Shown here: piece after piece, positions 1 to 8,298 of the stretch | How the letters are laid out: every line of letters begins with the position of its first letter | How positions within the stretch are numbered: position 1 is the stretch's first letter | Source of the DNA: a virus | DNA: 64,000 nt | Strand: one strand, 5' to 3' | Virus record (IMG/VR): IMGVR_UViG_3300031963_009547 | Notes under the pieces: model-generated | What the model was told of the DNA's origin: nothing | The model's input: only the letters and a program-made list of their open reading frames with translations | Databases searched by the model: none | Position numbers and translations under genes: made by a program

Positions 1-2
1 GA

Positions 3-137
3 AGGTGGGATGATGCCGTTTCATCGACCAATTTAATAGATGGTGATTTGGGTATTGTTAGAATTTATAATAGATTTTTATCATCTACCGAAATTCTACA
101 AAACTATAACGCACAAAAAGCAAGATTCGGATTATAA
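3..137 (+). CDS. 3' end of a LamG/concanavalin-like virion protein (partial, starts before window)
   Basis: Frame reads RWDDAVSSTNLIDGDLGIVRIYNRFLSSTEILQNYNAQKARFGL*, nearly the same as the C-terminus of the next ORF; TAA overlaps next ATG (TAATG). Confidence 0.8.
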   Translation, partial: RWDDAVSSTNLIDGDLGIVRIYNRFLSSTEILQNYNAQKARFGL

Positions 138-1111
138 TGCCAAACGCAATTAAATATTCAACAACAGGCGACACCCTATCATTAAAAAAAGGAAATATCT
201 TTTTTGGTGTTGGTGATGTCGGTAAAGGACCATCGAGTGCCACCACGTATTATAATGGTGTTACTCCACCTTCAGGTGGGTATACAATTTACTCATATAA
301 TGCCGCTCAGACTTCAAAACTTAGTTTCCATACTGCGGTTAATGACTCAGCACTTATTACATACACAAACGGAGTATCGGGTCAAAACTTTAGTACTGCG
401 ACACAATGTTTGAATTGGTACGCAACACAATCAAATTATGTTTGTGTTAATAGAGATTATGAAGGGATAGTCACAAACGGTTTGGTGTTAAATGTAGATG
501 CAGGTTTTACACCGTCATATACATCATCAGGTACGACTTGGTATGATTTATCTTATGGTGGTTATAATGGGGATTTGGTAAACGGACCAACTTTTAATAG
601 TTCAAATGGAGGTAGTATTGTTTTTGATTCCGTGGATGATGAAGTTAATACGACATATGGACCAACCTTAGGAGATTTTACCATAGGTATTTGGTTCAAG
701 GATAATGGTACTCCCCAATATGGTAGACTAGTAGATAAATCATATACTAATGGTTTTTGGTTAGGTAGAAACGATACAACACCAAATAGTTGGGGTGGGG
801 GTATAAAAGAAACAAGTTTTCCATATGGAATTTTTCTAAACCTTACTGACGGCCAATGGAATTATTTAGTATCTATTAGAAGTGGTACAACTCATATATT
901 ATATGGAAATGGTATTGCAAACACAACCAGTAATACAGTGACATCATCCGCACTTGATAGTACCACATTTTCTATTGGTGCTTGGAGTGGTTCTGAAAAC
1001 TCACAAAGGTTTAAAGGTAATATAGCCGTTGTGCAAGTTTATAATAGAGCTTTGACCAGTACTGAGGTTTTACAAAACTATAACGCACAAAAATCCAGAT
1101 TTGGATTATAA
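137..1111 (+). CDS. LamG-like (concanavalin A-like lectin) domain virion protein
   Basis: GLVLNVDAG...SY...GTTWYDLS...NGPTF and C-terminal FKGNIAVVQVYNRALTSTEVLQNYNA are typical of phage LamG domains. Confidence 0.8.
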   Translation: MPNAIKYSTTGDTLSLKKGNIFFGVGDVGKGPSSATTYYNGVTPPSGGYTIYSYNAAQTSKLSFHTAVNDSALITYTNGVSGQNFSTATQCLNWYATQSNYVCVNRDYEGIVTNGLVLNVDAGFTPSYTSSGTTWYDLSYGGYNGDLVNGPTFNSSNGGSIVFDSVDDEVNTTYGPTLGDFTIGIWFKDNGTPQYGRLVDKSYTNGFWLGRNDTTPNSWGGGIKETSFPYGIFLNLTDGQWNYLVSIRSGTTHILYGNGIANTTSNTVTSSALDSTTFSIGAWSGSENSQRFKGNIAVVQVYNRALTSTEVLQNYNAQKSRFGL

Positions 1112-1127
1112 TTATAAATAAAATATT

Positions 1128-1394
1128 ATGGCAGATTTACAAGAATACGACAACAGAAGATTTATGATTTTTAACGTTAGTGAGTTAAATCAAATTGATT
1201 TTAATACTGTGTTAGAAACATCTGCAGAAACCGTTAGAAAATCAGTTAATCAAACAAAAACATTTGTAAAATGGGATGGTACGATACCAACTTGTGTTAG
1301 TAATTTAACAACAAAAGAAGGACCATATACATATGAAGAAATATTAACAATTCTAGCAACTTCAGAATGGACTGACCCTAACCCAATGATATAA
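1128..1394 (+). CDS. hypothetical phage protein
   Basis: 88-aa ORF coupled to the next gene (TAATG). Confidence 0.7.
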   Translation: MADLQEYDNRRFMIFNVSELNQIDFNTVLETSAETVRKSVNQTKTFVKWDGTIPTCVSNLTTKEGPYTYEEILTILATSEWTDPNPMI

Positions 1395-2275
1395 TGCCAA
1401 CATCAAGACCATTCGCATATAATCCTGGTTCACAGATAAGTGGAACATTACAATTTGGTAGTGTTGCTGTTGGCACACCAACTTCTGGTGTAACAGGAAA
1501 TCCAAGATGGTTTAATGGTCCTGACGAAGATTTAGGTTATGTTATAGCAATTCCGGTATCAGACGGAAATCAACCTGTTCCTGATGGTTCATTTGCATCA
1601 ATTGGGTTTTTTAGGTCGACAGCTCGTACTGAAGGGTCATATATTGAAATATCAAAAATTATTTCAATTAATCAAAATTTTACAACAGGTAATGAGGCGT
1701 ATCTTTGGTTGAGCGGTAATGGATATTGGTCTTCATGGAATTATACAACTCCTACACCAACTCCAACTGCAACACCTACTCCGACACCTACACCAACGCC
1801 AACCGCAACTCCAACACCAACTCCTACACCAACACCTGCAGGTAGTGCGGTCACATTCTCTCAAACATTTACTTCAGGTACTGCTCCAGGTTCAACAATA
1901 GAAACAGCATGGACAACATTCAGAGGTCAGTTAACGGGCACTTATACCAAATTTGATTTCTTCAGTTCAAACGGACAACCAGGGTATACCGGAATAACGG
2001 ATTCAGTCAAAGTACAACAACTTGCAAATGCCCTTAGAACGGGCACAACGGGCATTAGTTTTGTAACAACAATAAGTGGTGTTACTTGGAACGTTGGGTG
2101 TTGTGCTTGTAGAGCTGGGGGTGCTTTAAACGGAGCCGTTGAATTTGCAAACGTTGCTTTATGTGCGGGTAGTAGTACTGCAGCTTTAAGGCCTTGGATT
2201 AATAACGCAAACTGGGGTGGTATTGGAAGTACTGTTGGTGCTGCTACACAAACATTAACTCTTAGATTTTACTAA
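1394..2275 (+). CDS. putative virion protein with Pro-Thr repeat linker
   Basis: G/S/T-rich domains joined by a (TP)n linker of about 30 aa. Confidence 0.7.
   Translation: MPTSRPFAYNPGSQISGTLQFGSVAVGTPTSGVTGNPRWFNGPDEDLGYVIAIPVSDGNQPVPDGSFASIGFFRSTARTEGSYIEISKIISINQNFTTGNEAYLWLSGNGYWSSWNYTTPTPTPTATPTPTPTPTPTATPTPTPTPTPAGSAVTFSQTFTSGTAPGSTIETAWTTFRGQLTGTYTKFDFFSSNGQPGYTGITDSVKVQQLANALRTGTTGISFVTTISGVTWNVGCCACRAGGALNGAVEFANVALCAGSSTAALRPWINNANWGGIGSTVGAATQTLTLRFY
1745..1837 (+). repeat. Pro-Thr codon repeat (mucin-like linker)
   Basis: Degenerate ACNCCN hexamer array encoding TTPTPTPTATPTPTPTPTPTATPTPTPTPTP. Confidence 0.9.
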
Positions 2276-2277
2276 CT

Positions 2278-2412
2278 ATGGTAACTTATGACGTAATAGA
2301 AATTCCAACAGGAAACGTAGTGTTTTCAGATTCAACTTATGAAGATTGTTTAAATTGGATTGAAACGTATGGTGACATACTTAACTACACAATTGTAGAA
2401 CATCAGGTTTAA
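2278..2412 (+). CDS. small hypothetical protein (44 aa, not in ORF track)
   Basis: ATG 2 nt after upstream stop; MVTYDVIEIPTGNVVFSDSTYEDCLNWIETYGDILNYTIVEHQV*. Confidence 0.55.
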   Translation: MVTYDVIEIPTGNVVFSDSTYEDCLNWIETYGDILNYTIVEHQV

Positions 2413-2881
2413 AAAACACTCTTTCTTTACTACCAACCATTTGTTTATACCATAAACCTTTATTATCCATCCATACGTATGGGTCATTAGGGTTTTCAGT
2501 CCAACCGTGTTTTGAATAATACTCAGAATCTTTACGTAAAAGATTTGCTCTATGAGAAGAGTGAAATTCTTCGGTACCTAACCAATGAGGTAAAACAAAC
2601 TCACCTTCAATATGTTCGTGAACCATTGTGTTTTTGAAACCACGTTCAACCCACACATCAATACTATCGTTGTAGTATTGTTTAAGAGCATTTACATAGT
2701 CTTTCCACATAACAGAACAAGGGTGATTTAACCAACCCTTATATGGTTTACCATCTTTACGGGTACGACCTGTGATTGCAGATATGATTTGATATGCCTC
2801 CACACGCTGTTTACCAAGACGTTTGTTGTCTAAACTTTCTAATGATTTTCTAAAATCTGTGTATGGAAGGAACGTTTGCAT
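2381..2881 (-). CDS. pyrimidine dimer DNA glycosylase (endonuclease V-like, MSMEG_6728 family)
   Basis: MQTFLPY.DF...LDNKRLGKQRVEAYQI, GWLNHPCSVMW, PHWLG...HSSHRANLLRKD; start moved to ATG 2881 because the upstream extension shadows the + strand gene. Confidence 0.8.
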   Translation of the reverse strand: MQTFLPYTDFRKSLESLDNKRLGKQRVEAYQIISAITGRTRKDGKPYKGWLNHPCSVMWKDYVNALKQYYNDSIDVWVERGFKNTMVHEHIEGEFVLPHWLGTEEFHSSHRANLLRKDSEYYSKHGWTENPNDPYVWMDNKGLWYKQMVGSKERVFFKPDVLQLCS

Positions 2882-2951
2882 GATTTTTTTTTGTATTACG
2901 ATATATTTATAAAACAAAGATAATAAAAAAATTAAAATAATTAAAAAAATT

Positions 2952-3398
2952 ATGAAAAGAATTGTAAGATTAACAGAATCTGATTTAGCTCGTATCGTAA
3001 GAAGAGTTATTGCTGAAGATGCTACTGCAGCAACCGCAGCAAGTCCAAAAAAAATTACAAAAGATTTTACCGTTACAGGTGATGAGTCCTTACACTTGAA
3101 AATCAGCTCTAAAGTTGGTGGTATGGCTAATAAATTGGCAGGTAATCCGAACGTTGTTGAGTTTGATGCATTATTAAAGTATTCTAGCAAACCGGCATAT
3201 GATGGAAGCTTCGACCAAAAAAATGCAGGAAGAGTGATTCCAGTTAAAGGTTATTTTGGTTGTAATAGTGGTAAATTGACTGCTAAGGACCCATCTACAG
3301 GAAAAGTTGTAGAATTTTTTGATAACTCAATGAGTACTTCAATGATGGCATTCGAAGATTTCTTACTTGAAACAGGTCTTTGTGCTAGCATCTCATAA
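2952..3398 (+). CDS. putative head-associated protein with MKRIVRLTESDL leader
   Basis: Leader ends in VIAE; preceded by TATTTATA motif and followed by a terminator. Confidence 0.65.
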   Translation: MKRIVRLTESDLARIVRRVIAEDATAATAASPKKITKDFTVTGDESLHLKISSKVGGMANKLAGNPNVVEFDALLKYSSKPAYDGSFDQKNAGRVIPVKGYFGCNSGKLTAKDPSTGKVVEFFDNSMSTSMMAFEDFLLETGLCASIS

Positions 3399-3416
3399 TT
3401 AAAGATATATTATAAT

Positions 3417-3446
3417 AAAAAAGGGGAGTTTTCACTCCCCTTTTTT
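3417..3446. terminator. bidirectional intrinsic terminator
   Basis: AAAAAAGGGGAG-TTTTCA-CTCCCCTTTTTT between convergent genes. Confidence 0.85.
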
Positions 3447-4020
3447 ATTTGTTTTTAATTACAATGTAAAAACCGTAATCTTGTTTATCGTAAGACATAC
3501 CTAAACCATATTTCTTTGTTGTTTTATCTAAAAGAATAGACATCGCATCCTCCATACCAACACAGTAATCAAAGAAAGAATCTGCAATTACTTTATTAAT
3601 ATCTAATTTTTTAGTATCAACTTTACTAAAACAAAGTACAGGAATTTTATCCCAAAATTGTTTAGCTGATTTATCATCATTTGTGAATTTAGGTTTAAAT
3701 TGATTCATGTTTTTAGCATCAACCACACATAATTTTGTAAGGTTTACATCCAACTTTACTGGTGAGAGACCGTAAGACTTTCTGAACTCATCAAAAGACT
3801 GTTGTAGGTATGATTGAACAATTTTCATATCAACTTTCTTTAAAAAAGCTTCATTGTAGTCAAAAGAAGTCCCGTCTTTTGGTCCAATATATACTGAACC
3901 CTCATACATTTTACCCATCCAAATGTCAGACTTCATTGGGTAATTTGCCAATGAGTATTTGCTCTGTGCATTAGAAACGAAAACAATTAGAAGTGAAAAA
4001 ATTAAGATGAGGTTTTTCAT
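3445..4020 (-). CDS. secreted protein, divergent CAP/SCP-like domain
   Basis: Signal peptide MKNLILIFSLLIVFVSNA|Q; FDEFRKSYGLSPVKLDVNL resembles the first CAP motif; LLDKTTKKYGLG resembles the CAP C-terminus. Confidence 0.55.
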   Translation of the reverse strand: MKNLILIFSLLIVFVSNAQSKYSLANYPMKSDIWMGKMYEGSVYIGPKDGTSFDYNEAFLKKVDMKIVQSYLQQSFDEFRKSYGLSPVKLDVNLTKLCVVDAKNMNQFKPKFTNDDKSAKQFWDKIPVLCFSKVDTKKLDINKVIADSFFDYCVGMEDAMSILLDKTTKKYGLGMSYDKQDYGFYIVIKNK

Positions 4021-4058
4021 AGTTTTTATGTTTTTAAGATTGGTGAATGATTACACTA

Positions 4059-4066
4059 CAAAGATA
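4059..4066 (-). promoter_or_regulatory. Bacteroidota-type -7 promoter element (TATCTTTG)
   Basis: Matches TAnnTTTG about 40 nt upstream of the 4020 start. Confidence 0.5.
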
Positions 4067-4108
4067 AGACCTTTTTTTGATTTGCCAAAAGGTATTGAAA
4101 ATATTTTT

Positions 4109-4140
4109 AAAAAATCCCATCATAATAAAATGATGGGATT
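4109..4140 (-). terminator. terminator downstream of tmRNA
   Basis: AATCCCATCAT-loop-ATGATGGGATT hairpin followed by a T run on the minus strand. Confidence 0.75.
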
Positions 4141-4143
4141 AAA

Positions 4144-4542
4144 TGGTGGAGGTGGAGGGACTCGAACCCTCGTCCAGTCTATCCTGTCAGATAAGGACTA
4201 CACGTTTAGGTCAAGGTTTTTCATACCTTCCGAAATATCTAAGTTCTCACACCGCTCAGCAACGGTGGTAGTTCTTTAGGGGAACCACACCCTTTTTGTT
4301 TTCTTTTAGAGTAAAAACCAACTCATCTGCGACTTCTGTTGCTAGGTTATATGTCTGACCGACCCCCCGTTTCCGTGCTTATATTAAGCTACAGTAACTT
4401 GCTCAGTTGCAATTAAACCAACCACTGAAAGGTTATCAAGTACGTTGCCGTATAAAAATCGAATCAGTTTTTAAAGAGATTAACTCAGTCCCTACGTGCC
4501 CTTATTCCTCAGCCAATACCTGTCAAATCCAAAAACACCCCC
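4144..4542 (-). ncRNA. ssrA: tmRNA (transfer-messenger RNA), one-piece, about 399 nt
   Basis: 5' GGGGGUGUUUUUGGAUUUGAC; 3' T-arm GAGGGUUCGAGUCCCUC then CACCUCC-A-CCA; the 7-bp acceptor stem has the G3:U70 alanine determinant; internal tag ORF at 4384-4449. Confidence 0.93.
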
Positions 4543-4565
4543 AATACTTTCAAAGAACTCTTTTA

Positions 4566-4573
4566 CAAATATA
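4566..4573 (-). promoter_or_regulatory. Bacteroidota-type -7 element (TATATTTG) for tmRNA
   Basis: TAnnTTTG about 24 nt upstream of the mature tmRNA 5' end. Confidence 0.55.
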
Positions 4574-4611
4574 ATACAAAGATTTGTATTAAACAATATA
4601 TTTATAAATAC

Positions 4612-5757
4612 ATGAAAAAAATATTAAATATTTTTGAGGAAGAAGAAGAGAAGGAATTAACCGACTACGAAAAAATTCTTGCACTTAATAAAAGAAAGAT
4701 TGACCCGTATGAAACTCATTTTGATGGGTGTGATGGTACTGATTATTCAGACTATTATGAAGTAGGTTATGACGGTATCACTTTTACTTTTCATGATGGA
4801 TTAGAAGAATATCTAAGATTTTTTTTCAAAGAAACTTACGGTGAAGAAGGTTCAGATGCTTGGTATGAAGCAGGATATCTTGATGCTATGAGTAGAGGTC
4901 AATGGGAATGGGATACTTGGGATAGAGCAAGTGAAGATTGGGATGAAGGGTATACAATTGAATCAATAAAAGGTGAACCATTAAAACTTTTATATGATAT
5001 ATTAAAAAAATATCAACCACACTTATTAAATTCCTTTGAGGTTATTGATAACCAAGTTCGATGGAAAGGTGATAAAGAAACAGATAAAATAAATGATTTT
5101 ATTGAATCTGTAAGTAAAAGGGCAAAGGATGATTTAATAGATGCATATGCAAATGCGAATGATATGGCAACAGATGCTGAAGTTCCAAGTTATCTTGATG
5201 ATATATATTGTAATTCTTTATCCGTTATCAATATTGAAAATCAATCAAAAAATTGTTATTGGAAATATCATTTAAGTTGGGGTGATGCTATTATGTTATT
5301 TGTAAGATACGGAACTCCTGAAGATTGTTTGATGGACATAATGTTTAAAGCAATAGAAAAAGAAGTTACAAAACATGCTCCAGAATATTATGAAATTCAA
5401 TACGAAGCTTGGAACAGAGATGTGTTTTATGAACAATTTAATAAAAGATGTGTTAGGGTGTTAGAAAGTTTAATGGAAGAGTTAGACGATATGGTTGAAG
5501 AAGGCGGAGAAGAAAAAATGAAAAAATACTTTCAAATTTTAAACACACTAAATGAAAAAATAGGATTTAATACAAATAAAAAAATTCCAGGAGGTTATGA
5601 AATTAGAGTATTTGATGTTGATAAAGACACTTTAATGGTTAATTATGGTTTACGTAAAACCGACAAATGGGGTGAACCATTTAAAAAGGGCTCCTCCCCA
5701 TTACGTCGCATCTTGAACATGTTGGTAACACCACCAATTGTTCCTTATATTGATTAA
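4612..5757 (+). CDS. acidic hypothetical protein
   Basis: 381-aa ORF with TATTTATA at 4599-4606; no family recognised. Confidence 0.75.
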   Translation: MKKILNIFEEEEEKELTDYEKILALNKRKIDPYETHFDGCDGTDYSDYYEVGYDGITFTFHDGLEEYLRFFFKETYGEEGSDAWYEAGYLDAMSRGQWEWDTWDRASEDWDEGYTIESIKGEPLKLLYDILKKYQPHLLNSFEVIDNQVRWKGDKETDKINDFIESVSKRAKDDLIDAYANANDMATDAEVPSYLDDIYCNSLSVINIENQSKNCYWKYHLSWGDAIMLFVRYGTPEDCLMDIMFKAIEKEVTKHAPEYYEIQYEAWNRDVFYEQFNKRCVRVLESLMEELDDMVEEGGEEKMKKYFQILNTLNEKIGFNTNKKIPGGYEIRVFDVDKDTLMVNYGLRKTDKWGEPFKKGSSPLRRILNMLVTPPIVPYID

Positions 5758-6812
5758 TACATTTTAATCAATCTTTCTTTAATAATTTCATAAAGACTTA
5801 CTAAATCCTCATCGGGAATAAATAAAAATCCGTCATCATAAGCATCACTTAATGTGATACCATCTTTTTCTTCATAAACGTCGATAGTTTCTAAACGGTG
5901 GAAAGTCTCGTCTTGGAAACCGAATACGTCTACGTCTTTGTCTAATTCTTCTACAAATGAATTCATAATTGTTTTTTGTGTGTATACTATTGGTTTGTAA
6001 AGATACTCATATTTTTTTAATCCCAAAACTTTTACCATATTTTTTCCAGCTTCAATTGCACATTTCACATCTTCGATTGAAATGAACTCTTGTGCTGAGT
6101 GCATATTATAGTAACCACAAGACATATTGATACAAGAAACGTCAATTTTTTTCTTTAATTGTGAGATGTCAGTATAAGGGTGAGATTGAATTAACATTTC
6201 ATTACCAAAACTTTCAGTAATAACTTCTAATGTTTTTTCAAAGAATTCACTATCACGTTCAAATAAACGAACTCCCGAGCAAATCTCGGTAATTAAGTGA
6301 TTACCTGGCGCATCGTATTGAGTAATATACCCAACATCTTGTAAGAAGTTTACATCACATTTTGATGAACCATGACAACCTGTTTCTTCTGATACAAATA
6401 AACCGATTTTTACTTTGTCTAATTGTTTAAGTAATTCTAAACAAATAAAAATACCACATTTGTCGTCACCACCAATACCTGTTGGGTTTCCCTCTGTATC
6501 GTAAGCCTTTAATACGTCAACAAGAGTGTCGTCAAAAGTTTTACCAAAAGTGTGTGGTCGTTTCAATTTTTCTTCTTCGACAACAATCTTATCTATTTTA
6601 GAGTGAACCGTATCTGTGTGTGCAATAAACATCGGATAGAATTCACCTTCTTCAAGTGTACCCTTTGTTGCATAGATGTTCATCATCTCATCACGATAAA
6701 AAGACACCCCCTCAATACCCTCAAGTTCATCACAAAGGTATTCCACCATATCCTCCTCTTGATATGTTTTTGACGGTACTGAAAGGAGTTCTTTAAATTT
6801 ATTTAGGTCCAT
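5754..6812 (-). CDS. M20/M28-family zinc peptidase
   Basis: AHTDTVH, GGDDKCG, EETGCHGS, GYYNMHSAQE metal-ligand motifs; start moved to MDLNKFK (6812), below a TACCTTTG box at 6830-6837. Confidence 0.85.
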   Translation of the reverse strand: MDLNKFKELLSVPSKTYQEEDMVEYLCDELEGIEGVSFYRDEMMNIYATKGTLEEGEFYPMFIAHTDTVHSKIDKIVVEEEKLKRPHTFGKTFDDTLVDVLKAYDTEGNPTGIGGDDKCGIFICLELLKQLDKVKIGLFVSEETGCHGSSKCDVNFLQDVGYITQYDAPGNHLITEICSGVRLFERDSEFFEKTLEVITESFGNEMLIQSHPYTDISQLKKKIDVSCINMSCGYYNMHSAQEFISIEDVKCAIEAGKNMVKVLGLKKYEYLYKPIVYTQKTIMNSFVEELDKDVDVFGFQDETFHRLETIDVYEEKDGITLSDAYDDGFLFIPDEDLVSLYEIIKERLIKMY

Positions 6813-6878
6813 TATTTTGTTTTTTTTTACAAAGGTAATATATTTATATAATAAAATAAAAAAATATATCAAATTTTT

Positions 6879-7700
6879 ATGAAAAAATTTTTAATGACAG
6901 AATCAGAAAAATCAAGAATACTTGGTATGCACTATAACGCAATGGGTAAATCATTAGTTAAAGAAGAGGCAGGTGACCCGGGAACAATTAACGCAGTGCC
7001 GAGAGAACAAGATTTAGTTGACGGGGGTATGAGTTATATTGGTATTGATTATTATGATGAGGATGGTAATAGAAAACAATACTATTACCATTGTACACCG
7101 TCGGTTTATTCAAAAAAGGAAGATTGGAATGTACCAGGTAATAGAGCAGGTGATTTTACGGACGGTGATAATAACTTAGTAACACTTCAACTAAAGGGTG
7201 ATTATAAGACACAGTTAAAAAATGCTTGTCAAAACATTTACACTTTTTATAATAATTATAAAAAAACTTTTTGTGCGAACCCCAAAAATAAAACAAAAGA
7301 TGCCTATGAGTTTTTATGTCCTAAAGAAACTCCACAACCTCAAGTTGCTGCGGCTACTACGAAAGTAACAGCACCAAATCCTGTTTCTGATGCTAATGTG
7401 GCTGATGCACAAAAAAGAGCGGCAGAAGCAAAAGCAAAAATAGAACAAGCAAATATTGACCTAAAAAAATTGATGGATACACCTAGGTTTTTAAGAACTA
7501 CTGATAGTGATGGATATACCATTACTGATAAAACAACATTAGATGCTCAGGTTAAAGAGTTAGCCAGAGTTCTTGCTAATGGTGCTAATCCTACAGATAG
7601 AATAGATAAACAAGATTTATTAAGAAGTATGAATAATGTTATTAAAGCATTTCCTGAATACGGTGAAACTTTAAAAAGTTACATATATCAACTTCAATAA
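6879..7700 (+). CDS. putative head-associated protein with MKKFLMTESEKSRILGMH leader
   Basis: Leader ends in LVKE; TATTTATA at 6841-6848. Confidence 0.65.
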   Translation: MKKFLMTESEKSRILGMHYNAMGKSLVKEEAGDPGTINAVPREQDLVDGGMSYIGIDYYDEDGNRKQYYYHCTPSVYSKKEDWNVPGNRAGDFTDGDNNLVTLQLKGDYKTQLKNACQNIYTFYNNYKKTFCANPKNKTKDAYEFLCPKETPQPQVAAATTKVTAPNPVSDANVADAQKRAAEAKAKIEQANIDLKKLMDTPRFLRTTDSDGYTITDKTTLDAQVKELARVLANGANPTDRIDKQDLLRSMNNVIKAFPEYGETLKSYIYQLQ

Positions 7701-7711
7701 ATAATTAAAAT

Positions 7712-7742
7712 AAAAAAACCCACTCACAAGGTGGGTTTTTTT
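7712..7742. terminator. bidirectional intrinsic terminator
   Basis: AAAAAAACCCAC-TCACAAG-GTGGGTTTTTTT between convergent genes. Confidence 0.85.
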
Positions 7743-8250
7743 ATTGACATACGGTTAGTACACAAAAAATATAGTTGTCTCCTGTATAAACATTACTACC
7801 AATAATAAATTCATCATCAATAACGTAATTAACGAAAATACCTGTGAAATATGGGTCTAAAAGTAGTTTATTATGTGATGGTGAATTAACCCAAGCATTA
7901 AATATTTCAGATGCAACTTGTTCTACAGTTCCTTGATATACCGCCCCGTATAAATTTTCACCAAAAAAATTAAAACCTGTTCTATTAACGTAATTTACCC
8001 TTTCATCAAAATTATTAAATGTTTTAGGGTAAGATGTTTTTATTTTTTGGCTATGGTCAAGAGGTACGGTATTAGTTGATGACATATAAGATAATTGCTG
8101 TTCATTCAAAGGTTTGGCCTTTTCGTTAACTTTATATGGTACTAATTTATTTTGGACACGGTATTTGTTTACTTTTTGGATAATTAAATCGTTAATTGAT
8201 TGACCAAAAGTAAAAAACGAAAAGAATAAAAATAAAAATAGGAGTTTCAT
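7741..8250 (-). CDS. secreted CAP/SCP domain protein
   Basis: Signal peptide MKLLFLFLFFSFFTFG|Q; VNKYRVQNKL, GENL, AWVNSPSHNKLLL; TATATTTG box at 8267-8274 supports start 8250. Confidence 0.8.
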   Translation of the reverse strand: MKLLFLFLFFSFFTFGQSINDLIIQKVNKYRVQNKLVPYKVNEKAKPLNEQQLSYMSSTNTVPLDHSQKIKTSYPKTFNNFDERVNYVNRTGFNFFGENLYGAVYQGTVEQVASEIFNAWVNSPSHNKLLLDPYFTGIFVNYVIDDEFIIGSNVYTGDNYIFCVLTVCQ

Positions 8251-8298
8251 ATTGATTTTGTTTTTACAAATATAATACAAAACTCCATATATAAAAAA

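Noticed and set aside
2882-3190. N-terminal 103 aa of ORF 2381..3190, suggesting a membrane-anchored glycosylase
   Set aside because: It is the antisense shadow of 2952..3398 plus an AT-rich intergenic stretch; a good ATG exists at 2881
4144-4175. Possible tRNA gene (T-arm GGTTCGAGTCC and CCA end)
   Set aside because: The matching 5' acceptor strand lies ~400 nt away with a tag ORF in between, so this is the tmRNA 3' end
3959-4279. 106-aa + strand ORF
   Set aside because: Antisense to the tmRNA and the CAP-like gene start; no protein features
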